64,000 bases of DNA from Eledone cirrhosa. Taxonomy: Eukaryota. Where the stretch lies: contig OZ024740.1 of the NCBI GenBank assembly GCA_964016885.1, positions 101,990,001 through 102,054,000 on the forward strand, written 5' to 3'. Both the position numbers and the translations under genes were made by a program. This document shows positions 27,901 to 41,772 of this stretch, piece after piece (positions within the stretch are counted from its first letter, which is position 1; every line of letters starts with the position of its first letter). A model generated the notes under the pieces. It had not been told where the DNA came from, ran no database searches, and saw nothing but the letters and a program-made list of their open reading frames with translations.

Positions 27901-28393
27901 TGTTTGTTTATGTTTTAAGAATTAATTCATAGCGATCGATTATAATGAGACATTAAAAACAAAGACAATTGCAGCAGTAACGACAACAATAACAACAGCA
28001 ACAATAAAGCCAAAGATACATTAAGATGAAAAGAAAAAAAGAAAGAAAGAGGGGGGGGGAATGCTTCTAGGATATTTTTCAGAAATTAAAACCAATTTTA
28101 TATAAGCAGTGGAGAATTAGGATTTATTAATTATTGAAATAATAAACAAACATTTAAATGAACAATAAATAAATAAATAAAATATTAAATGAAGAATAAA
28201 ATATTAAGAACATAATATATATATTGTTGTTGTTGTTGTTGTTGTAATTGCTATTGTTGTCATAATTAATGTTTTGTTTGTTGTACATTAGAATGTTAAA
28301 TATAGAGAGTGTGTATGTGTGTATGTGTGTGTGTTTGTGTGTATGTACAAGTGTTTGTGTGTATGTACAACTAAGTGCTTGTGTGTGTATGTT

Positions 28394-31300
28394 CATCGTC
28401 ACCGTTTTACGTCCGTCCTTCCACACTAGCATGGGTTAGACAGGTTGTCCTGTTGTCGACAGTAGCCGGTAGGCTGACCTTGTCTTGCTCATACGGTAAC
28501 TGATTCTGGCATGATTTCTACAGCTGGATGCCCTTCCTAACACCAACCTCATTTACTGTGAGTGCTGGGTGCTTTTTTTCCGTGCTTTTTTTCCTTACAT
28601 GTCCACTTTACAGTGTGAGCTGGGTGCTTTTCTGCCGTGGCACCTCCACAACCACTTTGCAGTGGGAGAGGGTGGGGTCATATTGTCTATATGCTTCAGC
28701 TTCAGCTTGTAACCATGGTGGGTCAGGTCTTCTGTATTACTGTGTGATGCCAGAGGTCGTGGTCCTGTGTCATCGCCCATGAGAGGTGCAATTGGGTAAG
28801 GTTGGCTTTTATCACCTCATCCCAGATCTTCTTGGGTCTCCCCACTCCGCGGTTTCCATCGACTTGTAGTGCTCTGCATCTTTTTATGCAGCTGTCATCC
28901 TTCATACGCATCACATGTCCATACCAACGCAACCGCCTCTCCTGCACACATCATTTGATTCCTCTTATGCTCAGTCTCTCTCTCAATTCGTTTATGCTTT
29001 GCCGTTCGCATATATTACTATTACACATCCATCGAAGCATGCAGGCTTCGTTTCTTTCTAATCTACGTAAGTCTTCTACAGACAGCGCCCAGGTCTCACT
29101 ACCATGTAACATTGCTGTTCGTATGCACGCATCATACAGTCTGCCTTTCATTTTGAGGGAAAAGCCTTTTGCAGCTAGCAGTGGCAGTAGCTCCCTGAAC
29201 TTATTCCATCCTGTTCTTACCCTAGTTATTGTACTTTCCAAACACCCACCTCCTCTGCTAATTCGGTCACCTAGGTAGCAGAAGCTGTCTACTGTTTCTA
29301 CAGAGCCTTCCCAGAGTTTGTTGGTGCTTGTTTCCTGAGGCTGTTTACTGCTTGCTGTCTCAGCACAGCTGCTATATGTGAAGCCTACATTCTTAGTTAA
29401 GCTTCCTGAGATCCCACTACATCTCTTGTGTACCCATTGTTTGCTTTTGGGGCAGAGAATGGAGTTCCTACCTACACCTTTCCTATATACTGAGCAAGGC
29501 CATTTCCCTGAGGGGATCTGGGTTCTGTTTTCTCGTCTACTTACAAGGACCTTAGTCTTTGTCAGGTTGACTTTGAGACCCTTTCTTTCTAGTCCCTGCT
29601 TCCATGTTTGGAATTTATTCTCTAGTTCTACCATAGATTCAGCTATAAGTGTGAGGTCATTTGCATACAGGAGTTCCCATGGGCATCCGGTCTTAAACTC
29701 CTCCATTATTGCCTGCAAAACTATGATGAACAGGAGAGGGCTAAGAACAGAGCCCTGGTGGACACCGACCTGTATGCTAAATTCCTCACTATACTCATTG
29801 CTAATCCTAACTTTGTTGACTGCTTTCACAAGCCATTCATCTACTCCTAGTTTTTTAAGAGCCCACCAGATTATAGCATGTGGAACTCTGTCTAAAGCTT
29901 TCTCGAGATCGACGAATGCCAGGTAGAGTGGCTTACTTTTAGCTAGGTACTTTTCCTGTAACTGCCTCACAAGGAAGAGGGTATCAGTGTTGCCTCTTCC
30001 TGGTACAAACCCAAATTGCATCTCATCTAGTTTCACCCGGTCCCTAATCAACTGTGCTATAACTCTTTCTGTTACTTTCATGACCTGGTCCATCAGCTTA
30101 ATACCTCTATAGTTTCCTCTATCTAGTGCATCACCTTTACCTTTGTAGCAGTTGACAATGATGGTACTGCACCAATCTTTTGGTATGACACCTAGTATTA
30201 CCTGGTTAACAATACGTGTGGTTATAGTGTGACCTACAGAACCAGATGCCTTCAGCATCTCGGCAGCTATACCTGATGGACCAGTTGCCTTCCCCATCTT
30301 CATATCTTTGATTGCCTTACTTACTACGCTGCTGCTGACTTGTACTGCTGGCCCCTCTATAGGGTCTACTTGGGGTAGGGTCTCTTCTTCCCATGCATTC
30401 TCCTCATTTAGTAATCTATCATAATGGCTCTTCCATGCGTCTTTCTTCTCAGCACTTGTGAGGGCAAGCTCACCTTTATCATTCCGGATACACTTCTCTC
30501 CAATGACATCACAATTCTCTCTGACACACTGCTTCGCAATCTTGAACACCTCGTTTCTGGTCCTCACTTTGCAAAACATGCTTGAATTTTCTATCCTCTG
30601 CTTCCCTCCTAGCTAAGTACACTTGTCTCCTAGCTTCCCTCCTGGTCTCTATGTAATGTACCCTGCCTCCCCCATTCTTCCATTCTTTGCATGCCTGTCT
30701 CTTGGCCTTAACTGCCTGATCTATCTTATTGTTCCACCACCAAGTCACTCTCCTCCTGCCTGTGGTCTTACTCCAACCACAGATCTCATCCGTCACCTTT
30801 AGTAAGTTATTTTTTAGGAACTACCAGTGCTCTTCTACATTGAATGTCTCTATCTGTTCTTCTTTACTGTTATAGGTGTCGAGTAAAATATCTTTATATC
30901 TGTTACTGACTGAGAGGTCTTTCAGCTTCCAGATCTTTCTTCTCCAGGTTGCCTTCTGTTTCCAGGTTCGTCTAGTTCTGACCGTAAGGTCGCTGACAAC
31001 TAAATTATGTTGGGAGGTACATTCCTCACTAGGGAAGGCTTTTGTGTTTATGACCGTCCATCTGTCACGTCCTCTGATGAGGATAAAATCTATCTGACTA
31101 GTATGCTCCCCTGATCTATAGGTGATCAGGTGGTTGTCGAGTTTTTTGAAGTTTGTGTTACATATCGACATGTTATTGGCATCACAGAATTCTAGAAGCC
31201 TGAGGCCTTCTTCATTTCTTGTGCCAAACCCGTGGCCTCCATGGACTCTATAGAACCCAACACGGTGTTTACCTATGTGTCCGTTAAAATCTCCTGCAAT

Positions 31301-31577
31301 GATTAGGAAGTCATTGTCATTTGTTAGAGCAGTAGTGTGCATTAGGGACTCGTAAAACCTATCTTTAAGTTCGTCTGACAACCCCGATTGGGGTGCGTAA
31401 GCTGATATTATTGTGGTAATTCGTTTATTCAGGACTAGTCTGAGTTTAATGATTCTTGCATTCACCCTGTTCACTGAGATTACCTTATCTACCCATTTGT
31501 CAGCTAGTAGGGTACCTACACCACCCATCCCATTGTCATTTCCCACCCAGAAAAATTTGTAGCACTGACTTTTGCCT
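28394..31577 (-). mobile_element. Near-full-length RTE LINE, disabled (second subfamily)
   Basis: ORF pieces 30821-31546 (APE), 30509-30796, 28951-30579 (RT; YADD mutated to YAND) and 28723-28947. Same subfamily as 3292-4575. Confidence 0.95.
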
Positions 31578-32335
31578 ATGTATGTGTATGTATGTTTATG
31601 TTAGTGTGTATGTACATGTATGTGTATTAGTGTGTATGTACATGTATGTGTATATATGTTTGTGTTAGAGTGTATGTACATGTGTTTGTGTGTATTAGTG
31701 TGTATGAACATGTGTTTGTGTGTGTTAGTGTGTATGTACATGTTAGTGTGTATGTACATGTGATTGTGTGTGTGGGAGTATTCATGTGAAGTATGTATGT
31801 GTATATTTTTTTAATGTGTATGTTTGTGTATATATGGGAGTATGTGTGTGTATGTGTGCATTATTGTGTATGTTGTACATGTGTATGAGTGTGTAAGAGG
31901 GAGTATCCATGTGCTTGTGTGTGTGTTAATGTGCATGTGTGACTGAGTATGTGTGCATATGTATGTATGTGTGTGTTAGTGTATATGTGGAAGTATTTTT
32001 TGTGAGTGTGTAAGTGGGAGTATCGATGTATGTGTATGTTTGTGCATATATGATTGTTTGTACATATGTGTGTGTGTATGTATTTATATATGTGAATGTG
32101 AGTTTGTGTGTATGTACATGGAAGTATTTATGTGCATGTGTGTTTCATCATCATCATCATCATCATCTTTGTTTAAAGTCCATTTTCCACGCTAGCATGG
32201 GTTAGACGTATGTTTATATGTATGTATGTAAGTGTTCCTGTATATGTATGTACATGGAAGTATTTGCATGCATGTGTATGTGTATATATGTGTGTGAATG
32301 TGTATCTGTCTTTCTATGTGTGAATATGTACAAGA
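31578..32335. repeat. Degenerate (GT/AT) low-complexity tract with a short RTE tail at 32145-32208
   Basis: Read directly from the sequence. Confidence 0.85.
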
Positions 32336-32351
32336 GTGTTATTATTATTGG

Positions 32352-32536
32352 ATTGGCAGTATTGGTAGAGGGTCAGACGCCATGCTTTGACGCATAGAGT
32401 TACGGCCCTTGCCATTCTGAGCTCAAATCCCGTCGAGGTTAACTTTGCCTTTCATCCTTACAGGGTCGATAAAATAAAGTACTAGTAATACTCTGGGATA
32501 ATTGCTGGCCTTGTGCCTAAAGTAGAAACAATTATT
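32352..32536 (+). mobile_element. SINE family 1
   Basis: Consensus match. A minus-strand partial copy follows at 32673-32799. Confidence 0.9.
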
Positions 32537-32644
32537 ACAAGCTATGTGTTAAATTTACTTAAGATCTATTTATATCTAGACATGACTTAGCATGCACTGT
32601 AAATGAGCAAGTTCCTTGCAAGAAACTATATAAACATATATGTA

Positions 32645-32678
<34 letters not shown>

Positions 32679-32868
32679 GTTTCTACTTTTGGCACAAGGC
32701 CAGCAATTATCCCAGTGTATTACTGGTACTTTATTTTATCGACCCCGCAAGGATGAAAGGCAAAGTTAACCTCAGCGGGATTTGAACTCAGAATGGCAGT
32801 ATGTGTGTGTGTGTGTGTATGTGTGTAATATATGCAGACAGATGCCATAAGCCATTCACCTCCTATTA

Positions 32869-32900
<32 letters not shown>

Positions 32901-32905
<5 letters not shown>

Positions 32906-35373
32906 ATGGGCTGGGTGGAGTAGGAATTATGTTAGCGGAAAAATGGGTAGATAAGGTAATTGACGTAAATAGAGTGGACGACAGAATAATCAAAATAAGA
33001 CTTGTCCTAAATAGAACTACTGTGATGATAATATATGCTTACACACCCCAATCTGGACTGCCTGGCGTTATAAAAGACAGATTCTATGAGTCGCTAATAC
33101 TCACTACATCCCAACTCACCAACATTGACTACATAATTATTGCTGGCGACCTAAATGGTCATGTTGGACAACATTGTGACAGCTATGACGGAATCCATGG
33201 AGGCTATGGGTTTGGTACCAGAAATCAGGAATTCTGTGACGCCAATAACATATAGACAAGGTGGTCGTGGAGGTGCCACAGCAAAAAAGCACCCAGCCCA
33301 CACTGTAAAGTGGACGTGTAGGCGGCACGGAAAAAGCACCCAGCACTCACTGTAAATGAGGTTGGTGTTAGGAAGGGCATCCAGCTGTAGAAATCAAGCG
33401 AAATCAGTTCCTGCATGAGCAAGGCATGGTCAGCCGACCAGACACTGCCCGCAACAGGATAACCTGTCTAACCCATGCTAGCATGGAAGAACGGACGTAA
33501 AACGGTGATGATGAAATAACCTAAGTATCTGCAACACAAACTTCAAAAACGAGACAATCACTTGATCACCTATAGATCAGGGGAACACCCCAGTCAGATA
33601 GATTATATCCTTACCAGATGAAAGACGTGACAAAGTATCGTTTGTAAACACTAAATCCCTCCCCTGCGAAGAATGCACCTCCCAACCTAGACTCATAGTT
33701 AAGTGACCTCATAGTCAGGACGAGACATACTCGACAACAGAGGAGGACTACCCTGAGAAAAAGAATATGGAAGTTAAAGGACCCCACAGCCAGTAACAAA
33801 TTTAAAAGCATACTACTTGATACTTTTGACAGTAAGGAAGAGCAATTAGAGATGTACAGTATAGAGGAACAGTGGGAATTCCTGAAAGTTAACCTGCTGA
33901 AGGCGACAAACGAAATCTGTGGCTGGAGCAGACCTATAGGCAGGAGGAGAGTAACATGGTGGTGGAACAGTAAGGTGGAGGAGTCAATCAAGGCCAAAAA
34001 GCAAGCTTGGAAAGTATAGCGGGATGGGCGAAGTAGAGAACACCATCAACTGGCCAGGAGGGAAGCTAGGAGACAAGTGTACCTTGCAAGAAGGGATGCA
34101 GAGGAAAGAAAGTTCAAGCATGTTCTACGTGAGGACCAAAAATGTGAGGTGTTCAGGATTGCTAGACAATGTGTCAAGGAAAACCATGATATTGTCGGGG
34201 AGAAGTGTGTTCGTAATGATGATGGTATACTTGCCATCACTGATACTGATAAGAAGGTAGCTTGGAAGTGTCACTACGAGAGGCTACTAAATGAGAAGAA
34301 TAAGTGGGAAAAAGATAGTCTGCCCCAAATCGATCCAATAGAAGGACCAGCAGTGCAAGTTCAAGATAGTATAATAAGTAAGGCAATCAAAGATATGAAG
34401 ACAGGAAAAGCAGCTGGGCCTTCGGAGATAGTTGCTGAAATGCTGAAAGCATCTGGATCAGTGGGACACACTATGGTCTCCCAGATAGTAAACCAAGTCA
34501 TACAGAATGGGGTTATTCCGAAGGACTGGCGTAGCAACAGCATCATTAACTGCTACAAGGGTAAAGGAGATGCCCTAGATATGGGGAAACTATAGAGGCA
34601 TTAAATTAATTGACCAGGTCATGAAGGTCACAGAAAAAGTTATGGCGCAACTAATCAGAGAGCGAATTGATCTAGATGAAATGCAGTTTGGGTTTGTGTC
34701 AGGTAAAAGTACCATGGACGCTCATTTCCTTGTATGACAACTACAGGAGAAGTACCTAACTAAAAGTAAACCCCTATACTTAGCTTTTGTTGACTTGGAG
34801 AAAGCCTTTGACAGAGTCCCCCCGCTCCATTATCTGGTGGGCTCTTAGAAAACTAGGTGTTGATGAATGGCTCGTGAGAGCTATACAAGCCATGTATAAA
34901 GAAACAGTCAGCAAGGTTAGAATTAACAACGAATATAGTGAAGAGTTTAGCGTAAAAGTCGGTGTTCATCAGGGCTTTGTCCTTAGCCCTCTCCTATTTA
35001 TTATTGCCCTTCAGGCTATAACAGAGGATTTCAAGACTGACTGCCCATGGGAACTTCTATACGAAGATGATCTAACGCTCATAGCTGAATCAATGGCTGA
35101 ACTAGAGAAGAAATTCCAAACTTGGAAGCATGGCCTAGAATCTAAAGGCCTTAAAATTAACTTGTCTAAGACTAAAGTTCTAGTATGTAGGAAGGAAAAT
35201 AAGGCACTGGTCCCCTCTGGGAAATGGCCATGCTCAGTGTGTAGGAAAGGAGTAGGTAGAAACTCCATTTTATGTGCCAAATGCAAAGTATGGGTGCATA
35301 AAAGATGTAGTGGGATCACAGGTAAACTAACTAAGAACATAGATATTATATGTGGCCGGTGCTCAGGTGCACT
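32901..35373 (+). mobile_element. Decayed RTE LINE lacking its 3' end, with nested insertion
   Basis: ORF pieces 32929-33249, 34077-34595 and 34787-35373 match the 7028-10292 subfamily. YADD is mutated to YEDD. Confidence 0.93.
33250..33514 (+). mobile_element. RTE 3'-end fragment nested in an RTE, with AATAAC TSD
   Basis: AATAAC at 33244-33249 and 33515-33520. Removing the insert restores DANNLSICNTNF. Confidence 0.88.
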
Positions 35374-35825
35374 ACAACTCATCAAAGGTGCATGTATAGT
35401 ACATAGAATAATATACAAATATACAAATGTCAGGGAAGTGAATAGTGTATGAGTCATGATATACATGTGTGTATGTGTATGGAGGGGGAACATAAGGTGT
35501 AGTGTTGGCGAATCTCAGGAAGCATGGAGGTTTTAAATGTGCAGTGTTTTGACAGCTAACAAATGACAATCTCAAATCTTTTCTGTATACAATATTGTAT
35601 TTACATTTCTTTATATTTTCCCAGCAATGTTTTATAATTTAAACTGTAAATATACCAGCATTAAATTATCTTAGATTCCATATATATATTCATGTATAGA
35701 TCATAAAGTTTTTCTATATAAATATTGTGTAAAAAACAGTATGCAACATAGATAGGCATATGTGTGTATGTGTGTGTGTATATATATATATATATACAGA
35801 CACACACACACATGCATATCTATGT

Positions 35826-35864
<39 letters not shown>

Positions 35865-36074
35865 GGAGAGAGAGATGCATATGTGGGTATGTATAAAATA
35901 CTGTCACTTTCAATTTTCATGACATGGAGGCACTACTCTAAAAGAAAATTGGAAGGAAGCACAAAATTAGAGGTGACATTGTAGAGTTAGAGATGCCCTT
36001 TAGATTGGATTAGCATGTAATGACTTCACTAGACCTTATGCAATGATAAAATGCACCTTGTACACCCTGTAAAG

Positions 36075-36547
36075 CAGAGGTTCTCAAACCTTTTGGACCA
36101 CCGATCTGCCCTCACAGCCACATAATACCCTCCGCGCCCTCCATCCCTATTTCCAGAGAGACCTGCCTACACGCAAATTGTAAATAATATATAATAAATA
36201 AAATCATTATTTTATATATGATAAATAATTGTTTCTACTTTAGGCACAAGGCCAGCAATTATCCCAGTGTATTACTGGTACTTTATTTTATCGACCCCGT
36301 AAGGATGAAAGGCAAAGTTAACCTTGGTGGGATTTGAACTCAGGGCCATAACTCTTTGTATAATAAATAATATAATATATACTAATTAGAAATAAATATA
36401 ATATTTTTTTTATTTTACTATATTTATATATAATATTAATCATTCGGTATTTTATATACTATTATATCAGCTCTACCACCCACCACCACCCCTGGACCTT
36501 CTCAATGCATCCCCGGGGGGCGTCAGCACCCAGTTTGAGAACCTCTG
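36075..36547. mobile_element. hAT (Charlie/Buster-type) MITE containing a SINE (36225-36357)
   Basis: Perfect TIR CAGAGGTTCTCAAAC; 8-bp TSD CTGTAAAG on both sides. Confidence 0.92.
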
Positions 36548-37358
36548 CTGTAAAGTGTTAATGTTAATGTCATGAAAAAATGCACCTGATGCACTTTATA
36601 AAGTGTTAGTGGTGGTGGAGCCTCGAAAAAATGCACAAGAACACCTTATGAAGTTGTTGGAACACATGAACATAATGGGTTGATCCAATCCATTTGCACT
36701 CAGACTCTCAGACATAATAATCCCTCCAACCCAAGCCAACATGGGAAGCAGAGAAAATGATGATGGGGAAAAATATGTAGGCATAACAATATCTATAAAT
36801 ATAAGAAATAATCATAAGTTTCAACAATTTGGTTTCTATAATGACAGGTTTGCAGTAAAATGCTTCTGTGTATGTGTGTATAAGTATGTGAGTGTGCATA
36901 TGTATAAGTATGTGAGTGTATAAGTAAGAATATGTGTGTGTGTGTAGATATGTCTTTCAGAAAACTATGGTTTAATTGCTAATTGTTTGCTTGTTTTATA
37001 TTTATTTTTAACACATATTTTTTAATATATTCAAGTATCTAGCATTTTTTTTTTTTTTTTTCTATGGAAACGTGTACATATTATTCATGTCCAAATGTAT
37101 TTTTGAGTATATGAATATATGATGTATTCATGTGTACATGTCTGTGTATCCTATGAAACGTATAAGAATACATTTATACCTACGCATTAATATATACACT
37201 CACACACACTCACTCTCCACACACATACATATATACACATATATATATATGCATATATATATATGCATATATATATGCATATATATATATGCATATATAT
37301 ATATATATATATATAATGATATTAAATAAATGGAAACTATAATTTATAAAACCATATT

Positions 37359-37419
37359 TATTCTATTATATATATTTCAAGGGTACCAAAATTTTGGTAC
37401 GCTATCATCAGATAAAATA
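37359..37419 (-). ncRNA. Minimal type I hammerhead, intact core
   Basis: Inverted copy of 37502-37562. Confidence 0.8.
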
Positions 37420-37501
37420 CAAAATGTTTTATATCCAGGGATAACTTGAACCGTTAAGGTATATTATCTTTGGTTATGTCAAATATGTATAAAACATTTT
37501 G

Positions 37502-37562
37502 TATTTTATCTGATGACAGCGTACCAAAATTTTGGTACCCTTGAAATATATATAATAGAATA
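37502..37562 (+). ncRNA. Minimal type I hammerhead, intact core, AUA site
   Basis: TATTTTAT-CTGATGA-CAGC GTACCAAAATTTTGGTAC CCTT-GAAAT ATAT ATA^ATAGAATA. Confidence 0.8.
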
Positions 37563-37719
37563 AATATGGTTTTATAAATTATAGTTTCCATTTATTTAAT
37601 ATCATTGTATATTATACTCCAGAAATCTGTTGAGTGCTCTGAATCAATTATAAACATTTATATTTGTTGAATTACCAACAAATTGAATATCCCTTCTGCT
37701 TATATATATATATATATAT

Positions 37720-38275
37720 AAATAAATTAGACAATTATCAAAGTTGTGTTCAAATCATTTAATAGCTGACAATCGTTTCTTCCAAACTCTCATTTGGAGT
37801 CATCGGAGCATTATCAATGTTTGTACATGTAATTAACCTCCTATTCAACTGAACAATAATATAGATACATATATATTGATGTTGTGAGCAACAGTTTCGT
37901 ATTTACAGGGTGGAATGGATGTGACATATATGTCACATCCATTTTACCTTGTAAATACGAAACTGTTGCTCACAACATCAATATACTGGGATAATTGCTG
38001 GCCTTGTGCCAAAAATAGAAACAATTATTGTTCAGTTGAATAGGAGGTTAAGTACATGTACAAACATTGATAATGCTCCGATGACTCCAAATGAGAGTTT
38101 GGAAGAAACGATTTTCAGCTATTAAATGATTTGAACACAACTTTGATAATTGTCTAATTTATTTATTTTCCTGCTCTCTAAAACAACTGATGTTCTTACA
38201 TTGAGCTATTTCTCTTACTGGTAATAAGGTAGTAGGAAATTACTGACCTTTACTGTTTATAGTTGTTTATACTAT
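37720..38275. mobile_element. Nested foldback element with hammerheads (core CCGATGA)
   Basis: Outer arms 37720-37858 and 38026-38164; inner palindrome 37873-37985. Hammerheads at 37760-37813 (-; GAAAC GATT GTC^AGC) and 38071-38124 (+). Confidence 0.85.
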
Positions 38276-38350
38276 ATACATAACTATAAATAGTATTATT
38301 ATTATAGACATATACATATATATATAGATAGATAGATATATCGGCATAAA

Positions 38351-38620
38351 CGGAAAAAATGAAACGAAATTTCATTTCTCACTCTTAGTATGGCTGTTAC
38401 TTAAATATACATATGTATACAGACGTATACAACGATGGTTGCTAGACACTGTACGGCTTAATTCGGGATGTTTGTTTACAAACACACCGAGCATTATAAT
38501 AAATGTTCGGTGAATCCATACGTACATATATATATGTGTGCATGTATGTATATATATATATATACATACTACTGTACGTCTGTATACATATATGTATGTA
38601 CGTATACATACTTATATATA
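38351..38620. mobile_element. Copy of the 10370 family in inverted configuration
   Basis: 38351-38428 matches 10370 onward; 38430-38618 is the reverse complement of ~10425-10604. Confidence 0.85.
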
Positions 38621-39177
38621 GACATATATATATATATACACACACACACACATACACACACATACACACCTCAATACATAAAACCAGATATTCTGCAAAT
38701 CTTGGCAAATCTATAAACATGTCATATGTTTGTTTATAAAAATTGTTTGTGTTATACCATGTAAATAAACTGGATGACAACTAAGCACTGGAGTTTGAAT
38801 GGAGTTTACTTAGTTATCTGGCCTTTAATTTAATGTCTTTGGGTGTATTAGAATTCATTGAATTTTGAAACAGAAATTTTGTGTTCCAAACAGAAACTGC
38901 TACAGTTAATACACACACACCCTCGCACACATCTATCTATCTATCTGACTATCTATCTATCTTTATTTCTATCCATCTATCTGTCCATCTATCTATTTAT
39001 TTATTTATATGTGTGAGGTTGGGGGGGGGGATATGTGTTCATCGCAATGCTAATAACCATATTTGGCAATCAGGGGTTGGGGGGGGGGGATATGTGTTCA
39101 TCGCAATGCTAATAACCATATTTGGCAATCAGTATAAATAATAGTTGAGAAAATTGGATAAAATAGCCACTTTGTTT

Positions 39178-39184
39178 ATGTATG

Positions 39185-39215
<31 letters not shown>

Positions 39216-39248
39216 ATGTATATATATATCTGTGTGTGTATATATATA

Positions 39249-39309
<61 letters not shown>

Positions 39310-39554
39310 ATGTATATATATATCTGTGTGTGTATATATATGTGTGTGTGTGTGTGTGTATGTATATATATATCTGTGTGTGTATATATATATGTGTGTG
39401 TGTGTGTGTATGTATATATATATATATCTGTGTGTGTATATATATGTGTGTGTGTGTGTGTATGAATGTATATATATATCTGTGTGTGTATATATATATA
39501 TATGTGTGTGTGCATGTATATATATATATATGTGTGTGTATATATGTATATATC

Positions 39555-39599
<45 letters not shown>

Positions 39600-39738
39600 A
39601 TGTATGTATATATATAAATCTGTGTGTGTGTGTATATATATATATGTGTGTGTGTGTGTGTATGTATGTATATATATATATCTGTGTGTGTATATATATA
39701 TGTGTGTGTGTATGTATGTATATATTTGTGTGTGTGTG
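39178..39738. repeat. Compound (TA)n-(TG)n higher-order microsatellite
   Basis: Read directly from the sequence. Confidence 0.95.
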
Positions 39739-39789
39739 TCACCATTTTTCATCGTTGTTGCTTCCATTGTGAGGCTCAGCATCTTTCAA

Positions 39790-40190
39790 GATCACTTGTC
39801 TTCATGTCATCCTACGTCACCCTTTACCAATCCACTTCAACTATTCAGTACTTCTTAATACAACTTATGTGTTCATACCAATACAGTCTCTCTCTTTTGC
39901 AAACTACATCTGATTTGCAACCTTCTGTTACAAATCATTTATGCTGTAATTCATGCACCCTAACATTCACATCCAATGCTTGCCTCATTCTTTTCACCAT
40001 CACCAATGTTCTACATTCCATGCCTTTGTAAACACACAGCATCTCACTTAGTATGGAAGCTTCATACAATTCCCTTTAACTCTGTGTCAGGAACTCGTTA
40101 TTGCCAGGAAAGCTAATAGCTCCTGAACATTTTCCACCTGTCTATTATTTTGGTTACTAAGGGTTCAGTACATCCACTGCCAATACTAAC
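39790..40190 (-). pseudogene. Old RTE C-terminal relic
   Basis: Weak colinear similarity to 3720-4160. Confidence 0.5.
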
Positions 40191-40874
40191 ACACATAAAA
40201 GCACCCAGTCCACGCTGTAAAGTGGTCGCGTAGGTGTTACAACAAAAAGCACCCAGCACTCACTGTAAATGAGGTTGGTGTTAGGATGGGCATCCAGCTG
40301 TAGAAACCAAGCCAGAATCAGTTCTGTATGAGCAAGACAGGGTCATCTGACCTAGAATTGCCCACAGCAGAACAACTCATTTAAATTGCTACATTTTCTC
40401 AAACTATAAAAATATACAATGGAAAAGGTAACAACAATACAGAAATATAAGACAACTGCCATAATGACACATTTCTAAAGTGATACAAATCTTATATTTG
40501 TTGTGAAGCTTTCTTTATCACCATAACAACAGCTTAAGTGTTTGTTTGGAGGTGAGAGGAGTGTGGGTGGGAATTACTATGAATGATGCATATCAGATTT
40601 GTATGCACTTGCATGAGTGTGTTTATACATACACACACTCAAACATACAAAGATATATATATACATCCATATAAATATGAACAAACTTCTAATAATTATC
40701 AAAAAGGTATATTGATTAAAGATTAGCTTTTACATATATTATGGATGGAGAGAAAAGCTCTGGAATACTAACTTTGTTTCATTTGCTTTTTCTCAACAAA
40801 ATCAGAAAACATACTATATAATGCATAATAGTAAAAGGAGGAATTTGTGACTTTTCACCAAGATTATTCTAAAT

Positions 40875-41056
40875 TGACAGTATCGGTAGAGGGTCGGACA
40901 CCATGATTTGACGCATAGAGTTACGGCCCTTGCCATTCTGAGTTCAAATCCCGCCAAGGTTAACTTTACCTTTCATCCTTACGGGGTCGATAAAATAAAG
41001 TACCAGTAATGTACTGGGTAATTGCTGGCCTTGTGCCAATAGTAGAAACAATTATT
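40875..41056 (+). mobile_element. SINE family 1
   Basis: Consensus match. Confidence 0.9.
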
Positions 41057-41219
41057 CTAATACATGTTTTGCATGCTAGCGTGGAAAACGGACGTTAAAC
41101 AAAGATGATGATGATGATGATATATATAATATTGTATTTTGAAGAGCCCAGGATTCCTTTTCCTTTGAGCACATAATTTACAGGGGCTAATGCAAGTCTA
41201 TAACTCCGTTAATATTTGG

Positions 41220-41268
<49 letters not shown>

Positions 41269-41343
41269 ATGTATATAGGTATATATATTTACATGTATAT
41301 ACGTGTGTGTGTGTGCATGTGTATGTATATGCATAAACATGTA

Positions 41344-41370
<27 letters not shown>

Positions 41371-41374
<4 letters not shown>

Positions 41375-41739
41375 TTGATAAAAAGGGAAAAGAATGACTT
41401 CTCTTGTAGTTCTAAACAATTTGATTTAATTTTATATTATAATATTATGAGTTGGTAGATCTAGTAAGTTCTTTGTTAACTTCGGTGGGAAGATTTTAAA
41501 AGATTCCTGGTTAACTTTCCTGGAGAACTTTCTCGCATTCGTCGGTGGTGATTGTCAAACTGAGATCAGGTTGTGTTGTGATGTGTAACTCAATATATAA
41601 GAGAGATTTGGATGTGTCTGGGGGTGAGGTGCAGTGTTAATGAGTGTTGACGAAGATTTAAAGGAATTAAAACATACACACACACACTCTAGATCTGCCA
41701 ACTCATAATATTATCTATATACATAAAACTGAGGATGTC

Positions 41740-41772
<33 letters not shown>

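Larger units (their letters stand above)
37310..37700. mobile_element. Foldback element with two opposed hammerheads
   Basis: ~124-bp arms at 37310-37433 and 37488-37611. TACTC..GAGT hairpin at 37615-37635. (TA)n flanks. Confidence 0.88.
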
